64,000 nucleotides of DNA from Eledone cirrhosa (lineage: Eukaryota). Made by a program: the position numbers and the translations under genes. The notes under the pieces are model-generated. The model had not been told where the DNA came from, did not search any database, and saw only the letters and a list, made by a program, of their open reading frames with translations. Of the stretch, positions 1 through 12,304 are shown piece after piece; within the stretch, counting starts at the first letter, position 1, and the number at the start of each line of letters is the position of its first letter. The stretch spans positions 85,498,001 to 85,562,000 of the forward strand of contig OZ024746.1 of NCBI GenBank assembly GCA_964016885.1. Reading direction: 5' to 3'.

Positions 1-365
1 TCTTCTACTGCACCTCCAAGTTTCACAGCAGTACCGCCCTTCACGTTGGAGTTGAAGATGGAAAGTTTAGTTCTTGGGCAGATCTCTTTTGATGCCTAGA
101 TGTTCCTTAGCATGATGAAAGCTGCTCTTGCTTTGTTAATCCTGGCTGTGACATTTCGGTCGGTTCTCCTATGTTGATCAACCACACTTCCCAGGTAGGT
201 AGATTATTCCACCTCTCTGATGGGCTCACAACCGAATGTCATTGGTGTTGACCTTCATCAGCTCAGTTTTTTCTTGTTTATTTTGAGTCATGGTCTCCTG
301 TATCTGGTTGTAATTGTGACGAGTGCCAGGTCATCAGCAAAATCAAGGTCATCGAGGGTGTCCAC
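1..365 (-). mobile_element. RTE-clade LINE reverse transcriptase fragment, decayed
   Basis: Minus-strand translation gives LDDLDFADDLAL, LKINKKKTELMKVN, YLGSVVD and ARINKARAAFIML, with stops and frameshifts. These are the RT catalytic and thumb regions typical of RTE elements. Confidence 0.8.
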
Positions 366-1100
366 TGTATACCATTGTTATTTGAACTCACAGTGACACA
401 TTTAGCCTAACACCCTAACAACTTTGCTAATTTCCCTCTTTGAAGCTGAAAGGAATTGTTGCACAAGGAAGCAATGCTTTGGTAAAAGTTTTCTTACTGC
501 ACATCAAATAACATTGCATCATCTTCATTTATCATCATTAACAAGACCATTTCAATACTCACAAACACATATGCATGCAAGTGCATATAGATATAGATAT
601 GCACACATATATGTATATTATATATATGCACAAACACAGATACATACGTATACACACACATATAAAGATATGCACACACCTACAATACACACATATAAAT
701 GCAGACACAGAGATACAATTATAAATATATATATATACATACAACCCACAGATACATACATGCACTCACATTATATATATATACACACAAACACAAGCAT
801 ACACTCTATTTAACCACTTACTTGAAACTATAAGGGCTGAACATAAAATTTCATTCTTGAAATTCACTGCAAAAAGGAGAAGATAAAACAAATAAATATA
901 CTAATCCATTTGTGAGAAAATCTTGAGTACTGTTTTGCTTAATTTTGGTAGATTCCAATGTTAAAGAAAAATAACACACACACATGCACTTCTTATGTAT
1001 ATACAAGTATGTGCATGTATATATTCACATATGTATATACATATATATATATGTATGTATATATATTTATATGAATGTATGTATATATATATATATGTAG

Positions 1101-1300
1101 TAGGAAAATGTTTAACCCCGACAGCAGAGCTCAAGCCATTTTGACGGCTATTTCTGGACTCAGTCCAGAAATAGCCGTCAAAACAGCTTGAGCTCTGCCG
1201 TCGGGGTTAAACATTTTCCTATTACCCACTCTACTACCCTAAGTATTGAGTACTCTGGTGCGTTAGGGTCCATCTGGTTCCTTACCACACTTCCTTCATT
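1101..1300 (+). mobile_element. Family-A short element (putative Penelope-like pLTR) with 5' fold-back palindrome
   Basis: Inverted repeat 1101-1221 centred on 1161, followed by a unique tail ending ccttaccacacttccttcatt-(TA)n. The same tail occurs at about 8425-8530 and 59380-59478. Confidence 0.65.
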
Positions 1301-1580
1301 ATATATATGTGTATATATATATGTATATACATTCTCGGTCCACATACCACAACAAAAATATATCTTTTGTCGCATCACCAGTCTGAGGAGCAGATCGACA
1401 CTGGAGTCCGGTCCATAACTCTTATGGGTCACTTTCAGCCAATCCTCTGTGAAACGAACGTGACAAGTCGATACGCAATAAATATTTTTCATATGTAAAA
1501 AAAACTTCCTTGTTTTTTTCTCTTATATGTCTACATGTATATATATATATATATATATACATATATATGTATGTATGTAT

Positions 1581-1832
1581 GTTTCCTTGAGCAAGACACT
1601 TTATTTCACATTGCTCCAGTTTACTCAGCTGTAGAAATGAGATGATAGGGACTGAGGTCCCTATCATTCCACTGTAAAGTGGACGTGTAGGCGCCACAGC
1701 AAAAAAGCAACCAGCACTCACTGTAAATGAGGTTGGTGTTAGGAAGGGCATCCAGCTGTAGAAATCAAGCCAGAATCAGTTCCCTTCCAACTCTTGCAAG
1801 CAGGGAAATAGTGGATGTAAAATGAAATGATG
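1581..1832 (+). mobile_element. CORE-type SINE with RTE-derived tail, 5'-truncated
   Basis: Nearly identical to the copies at 12305-12640 and 50911-51223; ends ttgcaagcagggaaa...gtaaaatgaaatgatg. Confidence 0.75.
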
Positions 1833-2047
1833 TTTAAGCAAAGAATTGCTGCTTTCACCCTTAACGGGATTTTCTGAAACTAACAAAGTCAATCTGTGAA
1901 CATTAAGGAGGAAAGCAGCGATTCTTTGCTTAAACTTTAATCTGTTATTTTAATAAATATTTGCTCTACGGTTCTTATATATTTGATATATATTTATCCT
2001 TATCGAGCCCTCTTTGGATTTTAGTCTTCAAATTTATTATTATTACT
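1833..2047 (+). mobile_element. Penelope-like terminal fragment with 5' inversion
   Basis: 1833-1900 matches 63729-63797 directly, while about 1910-2047 is the reverse complement of about 63617-63753. This gives an inverted head joined to a tail ending in (TA)n. Confidence 0.6.
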
Positions 2048-2079
2048 ATATATATATATATATATTTTTTTTTATATGT

Positions 2080-2138
<59 letters not shown>

Positions 2139-3399
2139 CACACATTAAAACAACTGAAGGCGCCGGACTGGAAAATTTACTTGAGAATTTTAATTCCATG
2201 AAATCACTATACATACTTCGCTGGCTCAGCTCTATTATCCGATTATGATGCTAGACAAAGCAATTACATGCAGAATGGTAAACCATAGAATGTACTGCAT
2301 GCATTGAAGTTATGTATTTTATGACCATCCAAAAACAGTATTGAGATCAACTGAAAGTCAACTCATTTTTTTAAACCAATTCATTCCATCTCTATTGCAG
2401 CCTTGCCAGATTATTCAGATATGCATAAAACTGGCTGTACATATCTGGTTTTTGTGTATGTATATGTGTGAGCAATTAATTATATATAAAATCAATCAAA
2501 CAAAATTAGCAGTGTTGTAGGAGAGTTGTAGGGGCGCCATAGCAACCTATGGCAATTCTAGGGCATTTTTACACCTGGCAGAGCCCATCTTTCTCTAGGT
2601 CTGAATACAGTAGATTTCTTCCAGAGAAGGATAGAAGAGTGAGAGAAAGAGATATATAGGAAGAATCAACCCCAGTACTAGATTGACACTTTTTTATCAA
2701 CCTTAAATGGATGGAAGGCAAAGTTGACCTCAACAAGATTTGAACTCAGAGAGCAGGTATTCGGAACTAAGACAGGTTCACAATCTTTTACCCGAAATTC
2801 ATTTCTATTTTTTAAACATGTATTTAATAGACTGGAATGGAGCTGAAGAAGAAAAAAATGATGTCGATGTGTAGGAAGATAAAAAAAAATTTAAAATCTA
2901 TGCTAAATATCATCCATTCCGAAATCCGAAAAGTGTCTGGTCCCAAGGTTTTTAGATAAGAGATTGTGAACCTGTACTGCAAAGCATTCTATCTGATATT
3001 CTAACGACTCTGCCTATTCACTACCTACTTATAATTATACTAACAGCTAATTGTGTATTGTTCATTGTTTATTTGATTAATTTGCATTCTAGGATTTCTC
3101 AGTAGATCAGTAACATTAGCAAATTCCATTACTCAGTTGCCATAGTGAAACTCCATTATTCAAAAGTTAGGTTTCTATTAGCTGCCCTTTTCCCCGATAC
3201 AAAATGTATGGGGCTTTAACAATTAATTTGATTAAGCATAGCTAAATAGTAATATGGTTTAATAACTAGGCCAATAGCTTGACATTGATCTAGATGCTAA
3301 TAGTATTGTGATGTAACAACTGCCACGTCATCTGGCTTGCTGTTAATAAATGTCATATCACACCAATGCATTAATTGTTACCACCATGCTATACCAAAA

Positions 3400-3552
3400 C
3401 ACTACTACTGTTACTACTACTACTGCTGCTGCTGCTTCTACTGCTGCTGCTGCTTCTACTACTACTGCTACTACTACTACTACTACTGCTACTGCTGCTG
3501 CTACTACTACTACCACCACCACTACCATCAATGCCAATGCCACCACTGTTAC

Positions 3553-3588
<36 letters not shown>

Positions 3589-3620
3589 CACCACCACGAT
3601 TACTACTACTACTACCACAA
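3400..3620. repeat. Compound trinucleotide microsatellite (CTA/CTG/CAC)n
   Basis: Directly visible; explains the homopolymer ORFs in all frames. Confidence 0.95.
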
Positions 3621-3894
3621 GGTAACATCTACACTTATTTCAATCAGCTAGAAATAGTAGATAAATCTGTCTGAAATTACATCCAACCATCAGTATGGGC
3701 ATGGATCTGATCTTAAAGTCAACTGTTGGAAGTAATGGACATGTTTCAGTTATATTACACCTCCTCAAAGAAACGTATTCTATTTAGTTTGCAAATAGGT
3801 TATAGCTGGATTTGAACTCAAAATGCAAAGAGCTGGAGCAAATACTGTAAAGCATCCTGCTCTGATGCTCTAATGATTCTGCCTATCCACTGCT

Positions 3895-4181
3895 CTAGGG
3901 TAAAGACCCCCTTCGATCATGAATGACCATGGGATTTACACCTAGAGAGTTCCCCTCCGAAGCACACGTCTGGGCAAGGTTGTTTGTGGAAGACCAGTCT
4001 CCCTCTCCACGCCACTGATGTTGTCCAAGGGAAAGGCAATGGCCGATACAGCTGAGTAAACTGGAGCAAAGTGAAATAAAGTGTCTTGCGCGAGAACAAA
4101 ATGTAAAGCCCAGTTCGAAAATCGAACTCACTACCTCACAATTGTAAGCCTGATGCTCAAACCACTAAGCCATGGGTCTTC
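3895..4181 (-). mobile_element. tRNA-derived CORE-type SINE (second family)
   Basis: Minus strand begins with an A-box-like TGGCTTAGTGG and B-box-like GAGTTCGATT, then the core shared with the 12305 family (acactttatttcac..tgctccagtttactcagctgt), but has a different 3' tail. Confidence 0.75.
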
Positions 4182-4909
4182 ACTTTATTTCATTGATGCC
4201 GGAAGTCAAAGATGACCTTGATGGGATTTGAATTGAGAATGCAAATAATCTAACATTCTAACACTTCTGCCAACTTGCTGCCATGTAGATGTAAATATTC
4301 AAAAAACATTTTCAATCTGTAAAGATGAGGTTAATAAGCTGCAATGTTATAATCTTATTATCAACTCAGCTTAGATAATTAGATATTTAATCTTTGTTTC
4401 ATTGCTTGATACTGTGTTTTATTTCTGTTGTCTATGTAGTTTTGCTGTGTAGTTTTACTATGTAGTTTTTCTGTTGTCTATGTAGTTTTGCTTCTTTTTA
4501 CTAGTTTCTCTATTTTAGTTGCAGTTTAGATTGTATTTTTTTAATTATGGATTGCTGTATCTCAAGCAACATGTTTAGATCATGTGTGTTGTAGTTGTTT
4601 CAGTCATATGTGGTTTATAGCAATGTGAAAGGACAGTATTACAAAATGACAATATATCAAAACAATATCAAAATAGTTATAATACAATAGATATGTTGTT
4701 GCTGGTTTAGGCTTTAATGCTTAGTCATAATTTAATTTAACCCTTTAGAATTTACATGTACCAGTCGAGTACTGGGGTTGATTCTTCCTCTATAGAAAAA
4801 ATTGGCTGTGTTCAGATCTGAAGAGGGTTGGGCTCCGCCAGGTTTAAAAGTGCCCTAGACACTCCATATGACAGTGCCTCTACAACTCCACAAGAAGTTA
4901 TGGGATCTT

Positions 4910-5122
4910 TATCCTTTAGCCATTTACATTACTCTATATATACTATTATATTTTTGAAGTAAAGGCTTTATCTTACATATCAAATCTATGAGATTTTGAT
5001 GTTATTTATTTTGAGAACAATACCTTAACATAAGTATGAGCAGCCAGTTACAACCGGTTTGATCAGAAAGAGGTGAGAGAATTCTGGCCGGATATGGCCG
5101 GTTTAAATGCTAAAAGGGTTAA
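4910..5122 (+). mobile_element. piggyBac-type non-autonomous MITE
   Basis: Ends aaatgctaaaagggTTAA; the body matches copies at 18148, 56687, 57320 and 62220. Confidence 0.65.
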
Positions 5123-6001
5123 TGCTTAGTCATAATTTAGTTTAACTTAATTTCAACTATTAACTGTACTTTACTGTTGTGTTGTCAGTATCTATGAATA
5201 GGTCTGTCCTATCTATCTATTTATATATCCATCCAACAAGCCAGCCATCCTTATATCTATCTCTCTAGCTATCTATTCATCCATTACTTCAGCTATCTGC
5301 CTATCAGTCCGGCTGTCTATCACCCTTCCTCTCTCTCCCTTCTCTTCTTCCCTCCCCCAACCCATCCCTCTATCTTTTCCTTCCTCCCTCTCTCCATCCA
5401 TCCATCTATACATTTGTCTATTTGTCTACCTGTCCATCTCTTTCTTTATCCATCTATCACTCTTATCTGCATATCTGCCTATCTCTTCTATCTCTCCCTC
5501 TCTCCATCCATCTGTCTATCCATCCCTCTAAATGGTTTCTGATAGGCCCCAAACCAACAATTTAGGGAGAGAGGAAGTCGATTAAATCGACTCCAGTGCC
5601 TGACTGAACCCAGAACGTAAAGGGATATAACTTTATGCTGCAAAGCATGGTGTCCGACACTACCAAAACTGTCAAACCACCACCCTTCAATCTATCTGAA
5701 TCCCACCCAGTTGTTGTAGTTAGTTTGGTGAGATATGTGGATGTGTTGGTGTAGTTAAGGTTTATTTGTGATGCTATTGAGTCATGTTTTTGTACTAGGA
5801 TGTATTGTGTGTATAGAAATCCCTGCAAATGATGGTATTTGGATGTGTGTTAAAGTGTTGTAGTTGTTGTATGTAGCCTGGTAGGAAGATCAATAAGATT
5901 AATCATAATATGTATCTGTATATTATATTATTGTGATTGATTAGCTCCAGGTTGACTTCAGTTAAGAAAACATATGATCAAAAACATTTCAACCATGACT
6001 A

Positions 6002-6358
6002 TTTTTAGGAGTATCTAGGACTCCATTTTTAGGAGTATCTAGGACTACATTATCTAATGTATCTTTTTAGGAGTATCTAGGATTACATTATCTAATGTAT
6101 CTTTTTTGGAGTATCGAGAACTACATTATCTAATGTATCTTTTTGGGAGTATCTAGGACTACATTATCTAATGTATCTTTTTTGGAGTATCGAGAACTAC
6201 ATTATCTAATGTATCTTGTTAGGAGTATCTAGGACTACATTATCTAATGTATCTTTTTTGGAGTATCTAGGACTACATTATCTAATGTATCTTTTTTGGA
6301 GTATCGAGGACTACATTATCTAATGTATCTTGTTAGGAGTATCTAGGACTACATTATC
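6002..6358. repeat. Minisatellite, ~38-bp unit ggagtatctaggactacattatctaatgtatcttttt, about 9 copies
   Basis: Head-to-tail units with few variant positions and no unique spacers. Confidence 0.9.
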
Positions 6359-7109
6359 CCATATTGAAAACAGTGGAGTATGATTTAAGAGAGATTTGAC
6401 TACTATCTCCAGCAGGTCTGGTAATTATGTAGGGGCTCACTTTTTGGCTCATAAGTAATGATGGTGATGTGTTTTATGTTCTTATTTGTCTTTTATTTTG
6501 AATACTTGCGTTTCTAGTGTGTCCTCACTCCCTGTTAACATTTGAAGTATCATGTGAAAGTTATAAGGCCTCAACTGTGGCTTGCCTTGTCCTATCTTAT
6601 AGGAGTGTCATCTAGGATTTAAAGGTTTTTACATTAAAGGCATAATACAGTATATAGAGAAGAAAACACAAAGAGGTATGTTTTCAATTACAGGGGATAG
6701 AGAACCACTAGAATGAAGAACATAAAGTCTACAAAAGGAGTGGAAAATACATATTAATTAAAAGAATAAATCAAAATGCACAGACCAACCTTTTATAATT
6801 ATAAACACCTGGACAAACTCTAATAAGAGAATATTTCGCCATAAAAAGTGTAGATTCCATACTGCTTATGGTTTATCAACAGGTGTAAAGACAATATGGT
6901 CCACACTTCTAAAAATACTTTAGACAACTAAATATATGTATATATATGTGTGTAATTGCAGTAATTGTTTTAGTTTCGCCACATGGTCTCAGATCAAATC
7001 ACTTGTCAGACATATGAACTTGGTCTTTCATCATTTCAAGGCCAATAAATAATGAATGAACCAAGTGCTGCTTTCCATTCTTCTTTTTCTTTTTCTGCTC
7101 TCTATTTAT

Positions 7110-7178
7110 GTTGTGGTCAGACCTGAAGAGGAATTGGTTTTATCAAGTTGAGATGAAACATGTCATATAGGTCACAAC
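7110..7178 (+). ncRNA. Degenerate type-I hammerhead ribozyme-like motif
   Basis: CTGAAGAG (7123-7130), imperfect stem II, GAAAC-AT-GTC (7155-7164); flanks gttgtg..gac and ggtcacaac are partly complementary. Confidence 0.45.
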
Positions 7179-7234
7179 TACATCTTTATAATTCCATTTA
7201 GAATTTTGAGAGCTCAAGACAAGAGGTCAGGCAA

Positions 7235-7382
7235 TTGTTGTAGTAGTAATAGTAGTGGTGGTGGTGGTGGTAGTGGTGTGGTAGTTGATGTAGTAGTGGT
7301 AGTGGTGGTGGTAGTAGTAGTAGTAGATGTAGTAGTGGTAGTGGTCGTAGTATTTGAAGTAGTGGTAGTAGTAGTAGTGGTG

Positions 7383-7415
<33 letters not shown>
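7235..7415. repeat. (TAG/TGG)n microsatellite
   Basis: Directly visible. Confidence 0.95.
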
Positions 7416-7760
7416 TTTGTTAAAGTTGTTTTTGTTTGTGTTATTTCTCTTTGTTTTTTTAATTATTTTTCTTTTTGTTAACAAACACTTGAAACACTTA
7501 ATGTCAATTGCTTGGAAATATAGTCTCTCTCTCTTTCTCTCTCTCTCTATCTCTCTCTCCCTATCTCTCTCGCTCTCTCTCTCACTGTTGTTGAATATTT
7601 TAAGAAGAATATTATGGAAGAACATACAGATAAAGAGAGATAGAGAGAGAAGGAGAGAAAGAGAGAGAGGGAGAGTAGCTGTGGAGGGAAAGAGAAATAG
7701 AGAGATTGGGATGTGGAGGAGGGGATGGAGGTGAAAGGAATCATAAAAAAAGGCTATAAG

Positions 7761-7805
<45 letters not shown>

Positions 7806-8032
7806 TAAAGAGGCAGAAAGAAGAAAAAAAGCAGAGAAAGAAAGAGAAGCTTAGACAGAGAAATAAAATTAGAGAGAGAGAGCAAAGGAGTTTGAATAAA
7901 AGAAAAAGAAAGACAAAAAGAGAGAGAAAGCTGGAAGAAATTAAAGAGTGAAAATGAGAGAGAAAGAAAGAAGATCAAGGGAGTGTCAAAGAATGACTTT
8001 AAGAAATAGGAGTGGGGGAGAGAAAGGGTGTA

Positions 8033-8424
8033 AGTGATTGGGAAATCTTTTCTGAATACTTGAGATTCAAAAATTTCCATCAAATTACATGGAAAACTAT
8101 AAATTTAAGAATAAGTGTAAGAATTTCATGCGTTCTTTTTATTTTTACTAATAAAATATCTAAGATGTATATATATATAGGAAAATGTTTAATCCGATGG
8201 CAGAGCTCAAGCCGTTTCAACGGCTATTTCTGAGTCCAGAAATAGTCGTCAAAACGGCTTGAGCTCTGCCGTTGGAGTTAAACATTTTCCTATATATATA
8301 TACATCTTAGATATTTTATTAGTAAAAATAAAAAGAACGCATGAAATTCTTACACTTATTCTTAAATTTATAGTTGATGGAAATTTCTGGATCTCAAGTT
8401 TTCAGAAAAGATTTCCCAATCACT
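8033..8424. repeat. ~390-bp compound palindrome with a family-A core
   Basis: Arms 8033-8232 and 8237-8424 are reverse complements with a few substitutions and one ~12-bp indel. The family-A tail resumes at 8425. Confidence 0.9.
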
Positions 8425-8530
8425 GAGCCGTCGGGGTTAAACATTTTCCTATTACCCACTCTACTACCCTAAGTATTGAGTACTCTGGCGCGTTATGGTC
8501 CATCTGGTTCCTTACCACACTTCCTTCGTT

Positions 8531-9160
8531 GATAGCTTCCAGTGATCAGATTAGCATGGGGGTGTTCTGAGGCCATAGTATTTAGAATGAGAACGGGTTG
8601 GAAAAAGTTTAGGGAACTTCTTCCTCTGTTGACTAAGAAGGATTTTTCCCTGCGTTCGGAAGGACGGTTATATAATGCCTGTGTGAGATGCGTGATGCTG
8701 CATGGTAGTGAGACATGGGCAGCAACTGCAGAAGATATGCGACGGCTGGAGAGAAATGAAGCAAGTATGCTCCATTGGATGTGCAATGCCAATGTGCGTG
8801 AATGACCAAGCATAGACGAGTTGAGAAAGAAACTGTGTATAAGAGGGATAAGTTGTGCTGTGCAGGAGAGAAGGCTGAGATGGTATGGACATGTGATGCA
8901 CATGGAGGATGACCGCTGGGTAAAGAAGTGCCAAGAAATCTCAGTAGAAGGAAGACAGTAGAGATAGACCATGAGCTAAACGAAAAGAGGTAGACGAAAA
9001 ACATGGGCAGAGGTGATGAGAGCAGACCTCAGATCTCTGAAACTCACTGAGGAGATGACGAAGGACCGTGACAAGTGGAGAGATGCTGTGCTGAATAGGA
9101 CCCGTCCAACCCTTGCAAGCAGGGAAAAGTGAACGTAAAATGATGATGATGATGATGATA
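8531..9160 (+). mobile_element. RTE LINE 3' end, decayed
   Basis: RMRTGWKKFRELLPLLT..GRLYNACVRCVMLHGSETWA, then RLRWYGHVMHM, ending in a (TGA)n tail. Confidence 0.9.
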
Positions 9161-9259
9161 TATATATATTAAAGTGTTTATATTTATATAAACATCTTCC
9201 ACTATAATTTTATGTTATGTTTCAAACACCAGTTTAATAGTGGGAAAGTTAGTTATATT

Positions 9260-9520
9260 ACTAAATCCCTCCAAATCCTTGGTACTGTGGCCCGCAATGC
9301 AGAGGATAGGAAAAGAAGCAAATTCCGGGGTTTGTCTAGCCGCTTCTTATTCACACCAGTCACTCTCAAGACCTCAGGCATCCTTGGACCCTGTACTGCT
9401 GAGCTCCTCCTAAAAATTGGAATGTCAGCAGCCCATTTGAAAAAGGAGCCCTATGAAGTGGGGTGGCTGTTGCAGTGGGTGTTGCTGGCCATTGACCATG
9501 GAAATGCCATTGCATTCTGA
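9260..9520 (+). mobile_element. CRE-like (restriction-like endonuclease) non-LTR retrotransposon C-terminus
   Basis: ARNAEDRKRSKF...FTPVTLKTSGILG...LLQWVLLAIDHGNA resembles the AExxKxxKY...FxPxAxETxG...QRLSIAIQRGNA terminus of CRE-clade ORFs. Confidence 0.65.
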
Positions 9521-9539
9521 TGAATATGTAATGTTAATA

Positions 9540-9872
9540 TGTATGAATGATGTAGCATGGATAAGCTGTGAGGAAATCTGGGCATAAGAAGAAGCAGATG
9601 CCGTATGCAAGAGAGATTGAGCTGGTATGGTATGAAAGCATGATGTGCATGAATGAGGATCATTGTGGGAAGAAGTGTCAGGAGGTCTCTGTTGAAGGAA
9701 GCTGTAGAAGAAGTGGATTAAGGAAGAGCTGAGCAGAGGTGATGAGAGCTGATCTCAAAATGCTGAAACTCTCAGAAGAGATGATAAAAATATAAGTTGA
9801 GAGAATCTGTGCTGGAAAAGACACACCCAACAAATGCAAACATGGAAAAACAGACATAAAATGGTGATGATA
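9540..9872 (+). mobile_element. RTE LINE 3' fragment, older copy
   Basis: Similar to 8800-9160; ends tgcaaacatggaaaaacagacataaaatggtgatga. Confidence 0.75.
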
Positions 9873-12304
9873 TATGTATAAATATAGCTTATAGGTTTCT
9901 TTAATCCTAGGATTAAGTTGACCAGTCATACATTGAAGGACTTAATACCAAGAGAGTAGAACAGTTATTTTTATTTATATTTTCATGTTTTATAGAAGTA
10001 TTTTTGTTTCAAATATAATGAAATTATATTAAACAATTAAAACTCATTTGAGGTAGGATTGTATTGAACTTCTTAACCACACAGCCATATATTTATTATT
10101 TCTTTACTGGTTTAGAGTCAGTATTCTGACTGATACTTAATTTATCAATACTTTTGATAGTATATGGTGTCAAATTATATTTTAATGGAATATATGTTAC
10201 TAGTACTACTATTAAGAAATCAATACATAAAAAGTGCATCTTGGTGCAGCCATAAGTGTGTAAATACTAAAATTAATATTTTTTGAAATTAATAAATTAT
10301 GTATTTAATAACATATAACTTATATTTTTAATATGAAATTGATTTTTAAACACCATAAAATTTACATCAAAAGTTAATAAAAATCCCTAGATTAATTATC
10401 ATAAAATGCTGCACAAGTACAACTGTTTGTGGTAGGCTCTTCACTCCTTACTCTTCATTCCCTCTCACTATGTTGGCTTTTGTGTTGACGTTGCAAATTA
10501 TTGTTACACAGAAAAGGCTGGAGTTAGCAAAAATATGGTTTCCGAGTCTTTTGTGAAAGACAAAACAAACCCAGTCTTTGAAATTCATGTAATATGGTCT
10601 ATTTGAATAGATTTATTATTTTTATGATAAAATATATGCCATCCCCAACCTCACTCTCCTCAAAAGACAAAAAAAAAAAATCCATAAATATATATCATAC
10701 TGACAATAAAAAAAATGTTATAGCATTATCAATACCTCAGAATGTATTGAAAACAAACAGTCCTTGACTAATAGATTAAAAAAAAGAAGATATAAGGTTA
10801 AAAGTATATCACAAATGTATGAAGATTTAGAAAATTAACTCTTTATATCCTGTAATGATTTAGTAAAGAATATCTAAAAACAGGTTCATTAATTCAGATG
10901 GTTATAATATCTTTATTAGTGGTCATATCGAGAAAATTTGCAGTAAACTAAAATAAAGACTTGAATTTTGAATCTGATGCAATCATAGTGGTGTTTTGTA
11001 TTTTCAAGAATGTCTTGCTAATGTGGTTTCATGCAGTACAGGACGTTAAGAGTTAAGGAAAGAAAATTGTTGAAGTATGGTTGTATTTGCAACAATATTT
11101 TGAAATAGAGTGATGTTCATGTTAATATACAATAAGAAATCTATTATGCTTGTTATTTTAATAGATTTTCTTATTATTTTTCCCTCTTCACTTTTGAAAT
11201 ATCAAGTAAGTTTAAATAGAAGAAACTGCCTTGAATTAGTCCAACTGGTTGCCAAATATGTCAATGTCACCAAGAACCATCTAGATACTGGTACTGCACA
11301 GTTTATCTCATTGCTCTCAAACCCTATTCAGAAGGACACAAGAAATCTTTAGCTACTTATGTAAGAAAATCAATATCAAATGAAATCAATGTAGCAACAA
11401 TATATTTATTTCTTATTGAAGAAACGACAGATGTTTTCCATTCTGAGACACTTCTATGTGCATACTTTATGTATCTGATAATGAAATCAAAACGTTTCAT
11501 TGAAATGTGGGATATATAGTTTAAAGCTAGTAAAGAGTTGAAGGGAATGGCCATCTTTTTTTGGAAAGAAATGGTTTACAGATAGAAAACACGAGGAGTC
11601 AGGACTATGATCAGGCTGCTAACATTTGTGGCTCATATAAGGGGCTTCAATCAAGGTGTTTCTTTTCCACAATGAAAAAGCTTTATATGCACTGGATTGT
11701 AGAAAATGGAAAAGCAAACTGCTATTTTGTCTTATTCATTAATATAGTAGAAAATTATTGTTTCATTTTAATATTAAGTAAGCAGCATGCTTCATTCATA
11801 AACACTTGAATCCTCCATCTAACTTGGGTTCTGTACTTAAGGATTAAATAAGTTATCTGACGTAAAACAGGCCGGCAGTGAAGCTGCTTGGATAACTTTA
11901 AAGGTTTTTATGGCTCTGGTATAATTTATCATTGTCGTGGTTGTTATCGCCATCATCATCATCATCATCATTTAGCTTGTTTTCGTTGTGCCCTAGACCA
12001 GACCAGTCTTCAAACGAAGCTACTGTTTTCAGTTAGGATGGAGGTCTGCATCTTGCTTAAATATGTTCTTGCATCATACCAAGTTCTCAGATGGACTGGA
12101 ATCCTGCAGTTCACCTACATACATTCCCATGCTTTACCATGTGCATTTATTTTATCATGGCACCAGCATTATAAGGACTGTCATGTTCTTAACACAGCTA
12201 TACAATTCTCCTAATTCCTTGTTTGGCAGGTTTTCTATGGCTGGATGCCTTTCCTATGACCAAACATATTACAGATCATATTGGGTGCATTTATTGTGTA
12301 GATG

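Noticed and set aside
3337-3674. Poly-T/V/L/S/Y ORFs resembling mucin or membrane proteins
   Set aside because: Trinucleotide microsatellite; the same applies to 7206-7625 and 63265-63450.
6002-6358. CRISPR-like regular repeats
   Set aside because: Units are contiguous with no unique spacers, there are no cas genes, and the context is eukaryotic.
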